Part shown: piece after piece, positions 9,154 to 16,904 of the stretch | How the letters are laid out: every line of letters starts with the position of its first letter | Numbering within the stretch: position 1 is the stretch's first letter | Assembly: GCA_040752415.1 (NCBI GenBank) | Contig: JBFMGU010000059.1 | Coordinates: forward strand, 1-46,490 | From: Myxococcota bacterium | Lineage (GTDB): Bacteria > Myxococcota > JACRCW01 | Reading direction: 5' to 3' | DNA length: 46,490 nucleotides | The notes under the pieces: generated by a model | What the model saw: only the letters and a program-made list of their open reading frames with translations | Told to the model about the DNA's origin: nothing | The model's database searches: none | Program-made: the position numbers and the translations under genes

Positions 9154-9273
9154 CCAGGCACACCAGCACCCCCCACGCCGCCGGTCCGACGCTGCCGCAC
9201 CCCGAGCCACGCGCCGTTCTGCCCGGGTTGCGGCGCAGGCTCGAAGGCGGTGCCCGCGGCGCGGTGCGCCTCC
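9154..9273 (-). pseudogene. Orphan frameshifted copy of the 3' end (sorting-signal tail) of the TIGR03790-type gene at 13966-14084
   Basis: About 120-bp direct repeat with a 1-bp indel; translates TARGSGCGSVGPAAWGVLVCL versus TARGSGCASVGPAAWGVLVCL. Confidence 0.8.
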
Positions 9274-9425
9274 AGCGGACGTGCCGCCGACGTGGAGCCG
9301 GTGTTGCCGCCGACGCACGCCAACGCCTTGGCACCGCACCGGCGTGACGCGAGCCCGTCCCTGGGGAGCACCAGGCCGTGCCGCGCATCCGGTTCGTGCT
9401 GTTTCGCCGCTGGCCGGTGGCGGGG

Positions 9426-12311
9426 CTAATCGCGGTTGAAGATCCGCACCACGCGGTCGTCGGACCGGCGCACCAGCAGCCGGCCATCCGCCGCGTTGTA
9501 CAGCGCGGACAGGCCGACGTTCTGCGGCGAGGTCAGGATCGGCGAGACCGGCGGCACTCCGGGCTGCGCGGGGTCCCACCGGTTCAAGAGCCGGGTGTTT
9601 CCCGGGCCGTCCGAGACGTAGACCACGCGGCCCCGCGCATCGATGACCCTCACGATCGCGGGCGACTGAAGCGCCAGCACCGCGTCGACCTCGGACTGGG
9701 AGCCGTCCAGGACGCGGACGCGCAGCTCGTAGCCCGGGCCACTGCCGTCGCTGAAGACGCTGTACGGCGTGTCGTTGTGGACGACGAGCGTGGAGTTGCG
9801 CTCCGGCAGCGCGTGGAATCCGTCGGCGTCGCCCCAACCCGGGAACGGCGTTCCGTCCGCCGCAAAGCGCCAGATGCCGTTGGAGCCGGTGCCATTGACG
9901 TAGATCAGCCCGTCAACCAGGACCGAGCCGTCGGAGAGCCGCGCCACCACGTACGACGAGGACAGCGCGCCCGCGGGACCGAAGTCCGACTTGGGGTTGA
10001 AGCCCGGTTGGGGCGTCCCGTCGCTGTTGATCACCCAGACACGCAGGACACTGCCGGCGCCGCCGTCATACACCAAGGTGTCATGCACGCTCGCCACCAG
10101 GCCAACGTCGTCAGCCCACAGGACGAGCGCGGAGTTGCAGGCGCCCAGCGACACCGTTCCAAAAGCCGCGTCCACGACGCCCTCGGGCGTGATGCGCTCC
10201 ACCGCGCATGAGCCACCCGCCACGTACGTGCGGTAGGCCGCGCCCGAGGGCGCAACCGCCAGCCAGCTCGTCGTCTCGCCGTGTGCGGGGAGCACCAGCG
10301 TCCCGGTGGCGTCGACGTACGCGGGATCCACCGCGCCGTCGGGAAGCAGCCGGGTGAGCGTGCGCGCGTTGGGGTTGGAGTTGTGGAAGAGCATGCGCCC
10401 CGCACCGTCGACAAACATGGTTCCCAGGGGCAGTGGTGAGAGGCCGTTGCAGCTCCCACCCTGCGGGCCCAGCCGGCAGTCCGGGGTTCCCGGCGCGGGC
10501 TCGTCCGACGTCACCTCCAGCGTGGTGTTCACCAGCGGCAGACCCGCGAAGTCCGTGGGGGCACCTGGGAGCGCGACCTCGTACCGGGTTGCGGGGAGGG
10601 GCTGCTGGGTGAGGTCGAACCGGAGCAGCCCTCCGCCCGCCAGCCACGACGCGGTGCCCAGCAGCGGCGGGTCCAGCGCGGGGAGCGCGGGGTTGTCCAG
10701 CGGCTCGCTGAACAGGAACTCCAGGCGGGCGTAGGAGCTCTGGCCCACGGGCAGCGGTGAGGGAAGCACCTCGAGAAATTCCGGCGCGGTGACGTCGGCG
10801 ACGTGCGAGGTCCAGCGCGCGTAGATGCCGCCCTCCTCGCCGTCCTGGGACTCGCTGGTCCACGCAAAGAGATAGCGACCCGCCACCGCCGCCGCCGCGG
10901 GTGAGTGCTGGCTGCCAAAGGAGGTGACGTTGACCTGGAACTCCGCGCCCCAAGGGCGACCGTCGGCGAGGAAGCGCTGCGCGAAGACGCCGTTGGAGCT
11001 GGTGTCCTGGTCCGCGCTCGTCCAAACCACCACGAACGATCCATCCGCCTGCATGGCCACCCGCGGCTCGTACTGCCTTCCGGTCGTGGTGGTGTTGACG
11101 AGCTGCTCCTCTCCCCGCGGCGTGCCGCTCTTGGAATAGCGACGGAGGTGGATGTCGGACTGCGGGTCGGGGTCCGCCCACACCACCGCCAGGTCCCGGC
11201 CCAGCGCGGTGGCCACGTCCGCCCCGGGGGCGTCGCAGAGGGCGCTGACCAGCAGGCGGCCATCCTGGGGCGTGCCGGCGCGGTTGAACACCTGCATCCA
11301 GCACTCCGTGGCCGCGGTGGTGCCGGTGTCATCCCTGCTCTGATGGGACACCGCGAAGAACCCCTCCGCGTCGCTGGTGGCAATGCGGCAATCAAACCCG
11401 CGCAGCTCCGTGCTGATGCCGCCCTGCACCGTCCCGTCGGTGGCGGCTTTGAACAGGTAGACGGAGTGATGACCGCCGCTGAACGAACCCGCGCACAGCA
11501 CCGACCCGCTGGAATCCGTGGCGATGTCCAGGCTGCGCCCGGGATTGATGGACGCCGCCACCCGCGTCCCGCTGACCGCGAAACGATTGAGCGGGGTGAC
11601 CGAGCCGGCGTTGCTGTTGCCCGAGACCGCCAGGATGAATCCCTCGTCGAGCGCGGCCGAGACGGCCGAGGGCAGGGAACCGGGCGAGAGCTCCGCGTCA
11701 TCACCGGCGGCCACCGGTGCGTCCGCCACGCTTTCCATCATGAACACGCGGCCCCGACGCGCCGGCGTCGTGCCCGACTCCCAGCTCACGAGGAACGTGT
11801 CGCTGTTGCCGACGGCGAGCTCCGGCCGTCGCTGGTTCCCGGCGGTGAGCGTGTTGACGGCAAACTCGCCCACGCACGGGCCGCAGGGCCCGCCGCAGTC
11901 GGTGCCTTCCTCGTTGGAATCCTGGGTGGTGTTGGAGCACTGCGCGCACACGCCCGCGCACGGGACCTGCGACGACGACGAGCCACTTGAGCTGCCGCTG
12001 CTGGTGCTGGACGACCCGCTGCTGCTGGTGGATCCGCTGGCTGAGCTGCTGGCGGATGAGGGTGCGCTGCTGGAGCCGGCGGAGGACGCGCTGGCGGTAG
12101 CGGACGAGGAAGAGGAGTCGGGGCGGCTGGTCGAGAGCTGACCGGAGGAGGTCCCGGCGCCGGACGAGCTGCTGGTGCCGGTGTCCGTGGCGCCGACGCC
12201 GGCATCCGACGCCTCCTCGGGAAACACGTTGAGCAATGTGAAGCACCCGGTGCCGGCAAGCGTGCAGGCCAGGGCCAGCGTCGTTGGAACGGCGTGCCGC
12301 GGTCTTCTCAT
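9426..12311 (-). CDS. Large modular surface lipoprotein/adhesin-like protein
   Basis: Signal ending LAGTGC; Ser-rich stalk; Cys motif CSN..QDSNEEGTDCGGPCGPC; EF(A/Q)VNT/EQLVNT repeats; Ig-like DVTAPEF...FSEPLD; delta-60-like repeats (RLLPDGAVDPAY, RITPEGVVDAAFG, INSDGTPQPGF). Confidence 0.8.
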   Translation of the reverse strand: MRRPRHAVPTTLALACTLAGTGCFTLLNVFPEEASDAGVGATDTGTSSSSGAGTSSGQLSTSRPDSSSSSATASASSAGSSSAPSSASSSASGSTSSSGSSSTSSGSSSGSSSSQVPCAGVCAQCSNTTQDSNEEGTDCGGPCGPCVGEFAVNTLTAGNQRRPELAVGNSDTFLVSWESGTTPARRGRVFMMESVADAPVAAGDDAELSPGSLPSAVSAALDEGFILAVSGNSNAGSVTPLNRFAVSGTRVAASINPGRSLDIATDSSGSVLCAGSFSGGHHSVYLFKAATDGTVQGGISTELRGFDCRIATSDAEGFFAVSHQSRDDTGTTAATECWMQVFNRAGTPQDGRLLVSALCDAPGADVATALGRDLAVVWADPDPQSDIHLRRYSKSGTPRGEEQLVNTTTTGRQYEPRVAMQADGSFVVVWTSADQDTSSNGVFAQRFLADGRPWGAEFQVNVTSFGSQHSPAAAAVAGRYLFAWTSESQDGEEGGIYARWTSHVADVTAPEFLEVLPSPLPVGQSSYARLEFLFSEPLDNPALPALDPPLLGTASWLAGGGLLRFDLTQQPLPATRYEVALPGAPTDFAGLPLVNTTLEVTSDEPAPGTPDCRLGPQGGSCNGLSPLPLGTMFVDGAGRMLFHNSNPNARTLTRLLPDGAVDPAYVDATGTLVLPAHGETTSWLAVAPSGAAYRTYVAGGSCAVERITPEGVVDAAFGTVSLGACNSALVLWADDVGLVASVHDTLVYDGGAGSVLRVWVINSDGTPQPGFNPKSDFGPAGALSSSYVVARLSDGSVLVDGLIYVNGTGSNGIWRFAADGTPFPGWGDADGFHALPERNSTLVVHNDTPYSVFSDGSGPGYELRVRVLDGSQSEVDAVLALQSPAIVRVIDARGRVVYVSDGPGNTRLLNRWDPAQPGVPPVSPILTSPQNVGLSALYNAADGRLLVRRSDDRVVRIFNRD

Positions 12312-12393
12312 GGTGGTTCCTTGGTGTTGGCTACGTTCGTGATCCCCGCCCGTTCCGCCGCTGCTCTGCAGGCTACCGACGCTCCGCGACGCT

Positions 12394-13290
12394 TCAAAGC
12401 GCCCGCGTGAAGGCACCCACCGCGGCAACCGTGAGCACGGCACACGTCGCCAGGGCCACCAGCGCGAACGCGGCGGCGGTGCTTCCGCCGGAGAGGTCCG
12501 CCACGAGGTTGCTGCGGGTCAGGTAGCCCGCGGCGTAACCCACGACCCAGTACCCGGCCGTGGACAGTGCAACCCCGAGGATCACCGTGGCGGGGATGGC
12601 GGCGGCGAGCGCGGCACCCAGCGCGATCCAGGGGAACGCGGGACCGTCGTCGACCTCGCTGGAAGGCGTTGGAGCTGGTGCGGGTGGCCCGTCGCGGGCG
12701 CGCTCCGTGGCGGGGGTTGGCGTCCCTTCTGGCGGAGGGGTTGCTCCCGGCGCGGTGGCGCTCGTGGTGGTGGACGTGGTCGCGGTGTGGAGGGCGGATG
12801 CGTCATGCGCAATGCCGGCCGCGGTGAGGAGCTTGGCCACGGCGGGTCCCATGGCGTCGAGCAGGACATCCTCGCGCGTGGCGGGGAGGCGCTCTGAGAT
12901 GGAGCCCGCGGCCAGGCCCTTCTTGACGTCGACGATGCGCGCGTTGAACAGGTACGACTCACCCACCCGCCCGAGGCTGCCGCGCAGCGCGAAGTCGGCG
13001 CCCAAGGCTCCCAGCATCTCCGCCAGGCACCCCTCGGAATCGCACTGGGTCACGGTGGCCAGTCGTTCCACGCCCAACGTGGCTTCGAGCTCGGCGGTGG
13101 AGATGACGCGAGAGAAGCCGTGCGAGTCCCTGAGCACCTGCGCCAGCCGGTCGGTCAGCAGCACTGCCAGCTCACGGGCCACGCCGTACTGCGCGTCAAG
13201 GGTGGTCAGCGCCACCGTGGGGCGGTCCGTCGTGGGGACCTCACCGGCCAGCAAGGCCAGCAGCAGGGGAACGAATGGCGTACCGCTCAC
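12394..13290 (-). CDS. Secreted/membrane protein: CsgG/TolB-N-like N-terminal domain, Pro/Thr linker, C-terminal hydrophobic helices
   Basis: GGAGAA RBS with GTG start; VALTTLDA...RVISTAEL...CDSEGCLAEMLGALGAD...GSLGRVGESYLFNARIVD; hydrophobic C-terminus. Confidence 0.75.
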   Translation of the reverse strand: MSGTPFVPLLLALLAGEVPTTDRPTVALTTLDAQYGVARELAVLLTDRLAQVLRDSHGFSRVISTAELEATLGVERLATVTQCDSEGCLAEMLGALGADFALRGSLGRVGESYLFNARIVDVKKGLAAGSISERLPATREDVLLDAMGPAVAKLLTAAGIAHDASALHTATTSTTTSATAPGATPPPEGTPTPATERARDGPPAPAPTPSSEVDDGPAFPWIALGAALAAAIPATVILGVALSTAGYWVVGYAAGYLTRSNLVADLSGGSTAAAFALVALATCAVLTVAAVGAFTRAL

Positions 13291-13526
13291 GAGGTTCTCC
13301 TTGTTGTACCTGCCGCAGATGCACGGAGCCTAGGATGACGGCGCTGGGTTGGTCACGGGTGAACGTCACGGTTGAACGGCGGTGACAGGGAAGGCGTCGT
13401 CGAGGGCGCAGCGGACGCTGCGGCGAGGTCCTCCCAGGTCGCCCAACGCGGCGAAGGCGAGATGCTGGCGCACTGACCGCGAGCGCATCAGTTCAACGCG
13501 GCCGCGGCCGAGGTTCACGGCGACCG

Positions 13527-13547
13527 ATTGTCAGTGTGTATGACAAT
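13527..13547. promoter_or_regulatory. Palindrome ATTGTCA-N7-TGACAAT, candidate transcription-factor site
   Basis: Perfect 7-bp inverted repeat, AT-rich against the GC-rich background, upstream of 13290. Confidence 0.45.
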
Positions 13548-13614
13548 GCGGATTGACCGGTCGCGGTGGTTCATCCGCGCCGCGACCGGTGCAACGGCGA
13601 CCTCGGTCAGAACC

Positions 13615-13912
13615 TGAGGGGCTGCGTCAGAGCACGGTGCCCAGGGGGGCTGCTGACGTTGTGAGCGGACCACGACCTGGAGTGCGGCGGGCCCTCGCCG
13701 CCCTGGCCAGCGCCGAGCGCGTTCACAGCGGGCCGAACAGCCCTGCCACTCAATGACGTCGGGCGAGGCGTTGTCTCGTGGCGCGTGGAGCCTTGACGGT
13801 TGTCCAAACCGCTAGACGCTGACCAGGGCGGCGAGGGCCCGCCGCACTCCAGGTCGTGGTCCACTGGAGGCGATCAGGACCAGATGGCAACTTGTCTTGA
13901 CGCAGCCCCTCA
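13615..13912. mobile_element. 298-bp MITE-like element: 15-bp terminal inverted repeats enclosing a REP doublet (46-bp arms at 13667-13712 and 13817-13862)
   Basis: TGAGGGGCTGCGTCA (13615-13629) and TGACGCAGCCCCTCA (13898-13912); inner arms 45/46 identical, containing GGAGTGCGGCG-GGCCCT-CGCCGC-CCTGG. Confidence 0.7.
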
Positions 13913-15475
13913 CGCCGCCTGACTCCTTGGGCTCTCAGGAACCCCGCGCCGACGACGCAACGCCGCCAGGCAAACCAACACACCCCACGCCGCCGGTCCG
14001 ACGCTGGCGCACCCCGAGCCACGCGCCGTCTGCTCGGGTTGCGGCGCAGGCTCGGACGCGGTGCACGCAGCGCCAAGCGCCTCCGTCGTGATCTGGTGCG
14101 CCGCCCAGCCCTTGGAGCGCGGCCCACCCGCCGGCGTTCCGTCGTCACGCCGCTGCGCCACGACGAGGACCTGCGCCGGCTGCCCCGGGAGGTCCAGCTC
14201 CAGCGCCTGTTCCGTCGTGACGCGGGAAACCGCGCCGTCCACCAGCACCGTGAGCGACTCGACGTCCCCGTCGGACACGCTGGCGCGCAGGTGCGCCGAC
14301 GCAGCGCCGCCCGCACACGCGAGGGAAACCTCCAACGTCACCTCGGGACGGTTCGCGTACGGCGCGGCCATCGGGTCGCCGAGCACCAGGTTGCGCCAGT
14401 AGGCGTAGGGCAGGTTGCGGTGGAAGGCCTCCGCCAGCGTGTACCCGTCGACGTAGTCCAGGATGAGCGCTCGCGCGGGGAAGCAGTTGTTGAGCGGCTC
14501 GTCGGTGGTGCCGTGGATGCCCGCCGCGCCGCGCGCAATCCAACGGGCCACCGAGACCTGGGTCTCCGTCGTCGCGGTGAAGTTCTCCGGCACCGCGCCA
14601 AAGCTCGTGAGGTTGTCCACCAGTGCGCCGGGCGCGAAGGTGTTCCCCTCGATGGTGGTGCCCAGCGACGCCGTCCCGGTGAAGAACGCCGCCAGCGTCC
14701 GCCCCGTCAGCTCCGACGAGAAGGGAACCCGGCCGGCGGGGTGGCCGCGCGCCTGGAGGCCGGCAATGACGTCGTCGTACGTGGAGTCGAGCGCGCCGCG
14801 GGCGGGGTCGGCGCCGTCCATCAGGAGGAATTCCCCGTCGCCACGGCCCTTGGCCTCGGCGTCCAGCGCACTGTCCAGCAGCAGCCCGGCCTCCGCGTAA
14901 CTGCGACCGTGCAGCATGGTGACCAGCACCGGTTGCCACGCCACACCTTGCGTCTCCCGGTACCACCCCGACTCAAACGCGCCCGAGCGGTACGGATTGC
15001 GCCAGTGCGCCGCCACACAGGGCGTGCCGCCGCAATTCGCCACGTCGCCGGGGGGCAGGCCCAGCAGCGGTTCCCCGTCGAGCGTGAGGCTCCGCCAGAG
15101 CATCAGCGCCGCGGCCAGGCTCACGCGCTCCTCGCCCTCGGGCGTGGGGATGGCCACGCGCAGCGGCACCCCGCGCACCAGCAGCACCGTGTCCACCCGG
15201 TCCATCACGCCACGACTGAGGCATTCCTCCAGCGGCTGCTGGAAGAGCGTGCGGTAGTCGTCCAGGGAGAGGTCCACCACGTCGGGGAGCGGGAGCAGGC
15301 ACAGTTGGGTCCGGGGCACCGCCCGCGCCGCCACGTAGCGTTCCGCCAGCGCCACACTGTCCGCGTCGCTGGCGTTCCCCACCACCACCACGCTGTCCGG
15401 CCCCGGCACCGCCAACGCGGGTGACACCGTCAGCCCGGACAACACCGCTGCAACGACGATGAACCGAGCGCGCAT
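13910..15475 (-). CDS. TIGR03790-family protein with a C-terminal MYXO-CTERM-like sorting signal
   Basis: Signal peptide; VVVVGNASDADSVALAERYVAARAVP; GAAGIHGTTDEP, GYTLAEAF, LVLGDPMAAPY; tail GSGC + hydrophobic helix + RRRR. Confidence 0.82.
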   Translation of the reverse strand: MRARFIVVAAVLSGLTVSPALAVPGPDSVVVVGNASDADSVALAERYVAARAVPRTQLCLLPLPDVVDLSLDDYRTLFQQPLEECLSRGVMDRVDTVLLVRGVPLRVAIPTPEGEERVSLAAALMLWRSLTLDGEPLLGLPPGDVANCGGTPCVAAHWRNPYRSGAFESGWYRETQGVAWQPVLVTMLHGRSYAEAGLLLDSALDAEAKGRGDGEFLLMDGADPARGALDSTYDDVIAGLQARGHPAGRVPFSSELTGRTLAAFFTGTASLGTTIEGNTFAPGALVDNLTSFGAVPENFTATTETQVSVARWIARGAAGIHGTTDEPLNNCFPARALILDYVDGYTLAEAFHRNLPYAYWRNLVLGDPMAAPYANRPEVTLEVSLACAGGAASAHLRASVSDGDVESLTVLVDGAVSRVTTEQALELDLPGQPAQVLVVAQRRDDGTPAGGPRSKGWAAHQITTEALGAACTASEPAPQPEQTARGSGCASVGPAAWGVLVCLAALRRRRGVPESPRSQAA

Positions 15476-15600
15476 GCCGTGGCGCACCGTAGGCAATCGA
15501 ACAGCGGTTGTCTCGTGGATTGCCCGGTCCCCGGGAGGCGTCACTCGGGAGTCACGACGCCACGGCCGCGGCCGGATCGGTGGTTGGTTTCTGCTGAGGG

Positions 15601-15680
15601 GAAAAAGGTGGGGAGGCGCTCAGACCTGCTTCGGGGGGAATGGAGGGCCAAGCACCTCCCCACGAGGTTCAAAACCTCGG
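15601..15680 (-). ncRNA. Candidate small RNA (two stem-loops; terminator stem with C-rich loop and U-tract), or only a terminator of the upstream gene
   Basis: Hairpin CGAGGTT-N3-AACCTCG (15663-15679); 13-bp stem 15608-15620/15651-15663 with a G-U pair on the minus strand; loop CCCUCCAUUCCCCCC; followed by CUUUUU. Confidence 0.4.
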
Positions 15681-15785
15681 ACACTGGTGCTTACGTGGGC
15701 CGTCCCGCGGCGGGACAAAAAGATCGCGGGGAGAGATCCGGGGAGCGCGGGGAATGCCACCCGGTGACGCCCGTTTCCTGGCGGG

Positions 15786-16679
15786 TCAGGCGCGCAGCAA
15801 GGCGTCCAACGCGCCGCGCAGCTCGGGGTGGCGGAAGACGTATCCGCTGCGCCGGGCCCGCTCCGGGATCACCCGTTGGCTGCCCAGCAGGGCCACGCTC
15901 ATTTCCCCCAACGCCAGTCGCAGGGCCGGACCGGGCACCCAGGCCAGCGTGGGGCGGTGGAGCGCTCCGCCCAGCGCGTGGGTGAACTGCGCGTTGCGCA
16001 CCGCTTGCGGCGCCACCGCGTTCAGGGGCCCCCGCACGTCCGTGTGCAGCGCGTGCAGGATGAGGCCCACCGCGTCGTCGACGTGCAGCCAGGGGAACCA
16101 CTGCTGCCCGCTGCCCAGTCGCCCGCCAAGGCCCAGGCGGAACACCGGCAGCATGCGCGGCAGCGCGCCGCCTTCCGTCGAGAGCACCACGCCAAAGCGG
16201 ACGCTGACGCGACGCACCCCGTGCTGCTCCGCCCGCGCCGCGGCCTCCTCCCACGCCACGCACACCTGCGCCAGGAAGTCCTTCCCCGGCGTGCTCTCCT
16301 CGGTCAGCTCTTCGTCGCCGCGGTCCCCGTAGAACCCGGTGGCGGAGGCGCAGACGAGCACCTTCACCCCCGCCGCAACCATCCCGTCCACCACGTGGCG
16401 CGTCCCCACCGTGCGCGACTCCCGGATGCGCCGCTTCTGCTTCTCATCCCAGCGACGCTCCGCCACCGGCTCACCCGCCAGGTGGATCACCGCGTCGGCG
16501 CCGCGCAGCGCATCCACGGGCGGCGGGCCGGCCAGGGGATCCCAGCGCACGGTCTCCACGCCGGTGCCCAGCTGCACCTCGCGTCGGACCAGGGCCCGCA
16601 CGCCGTGGCCATCCCGCGCCAGCTGTCGGACCAGTGCGCTGCCAATGAGGCCGGTGGCGCCGGAAACCACGTAACGCAT
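15786..16679 (-). CDS. TIGR01777-family NAD-dependent epimerase/oxidoreductase (YfcH-like)
   Basis: VSGATGLIGSAL, VIHLAGEPVAERRW, SATGFYG, GLGGRLGSGQQWFPWLHVDD. Confidence 0.93.
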   Translation of the reverse strand: MRYVVSGATGLIGSALVRQLARDGHGVRALVRREVQLGTGVETVRWDPLAGPPPVDALRGADAVIHLAGEPVAERRWDEKQKRRIRESRTVGTRHVVDGMVAAGVKVLVCASATGFYGDRGDEELTEESTPGKDFLAQVCVAWEEAAARAEQHGVRRVSVRFGVVLSTEGGALPRMLPVFRLGLGGRLGSGQQWFPWLHVDDAVGLILHALHTDVRGPLNAVAPQAVRNAQFTHALGGALHRPTLAWVPGPALRLALGEMSVALLGSQRVIPERARRSGYVFRHPELRGALDALLRA

Positions 16680-16810
16680 GCTCGCGCTCCCGTCGGTGGC
16701 AACCGTGTGTCAGCCCGCGTTGTCCCGGCGCGCCACGTGGCCACGCCCAACCCCATGACACGGGGCGCCATGGCGAACCAAGGGTGGCGGACTGCCACCG
16801 GTCTTACGCA

Positions 16811-16839
16811 TTGCAAGCCGCCGTGCGCTTTCATAGGTT
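16811..16839 (+). promoter_or_regulatory. Candidate sigma-70 promoter of the E1 gene
   Basis: TTGCAA-N17-TAGGTT about 65 nt upstream of ATG 16905. Confidence 0.45.
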
Positions 16840-16904
16840 GCGCGGCCTTTCCTGACCTGAACTCTCACCTTGGGCCTGGTCGTCAGGGCCCGGATGACGC
16901 TGCC

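Noticed and set aside
8270..9487. 405-aa ORF as one protein with an internal membrane anchor
   Set aside because: The upstream part reads through the duplicated gene-tail relic; a good RBS supports the start at 9103.
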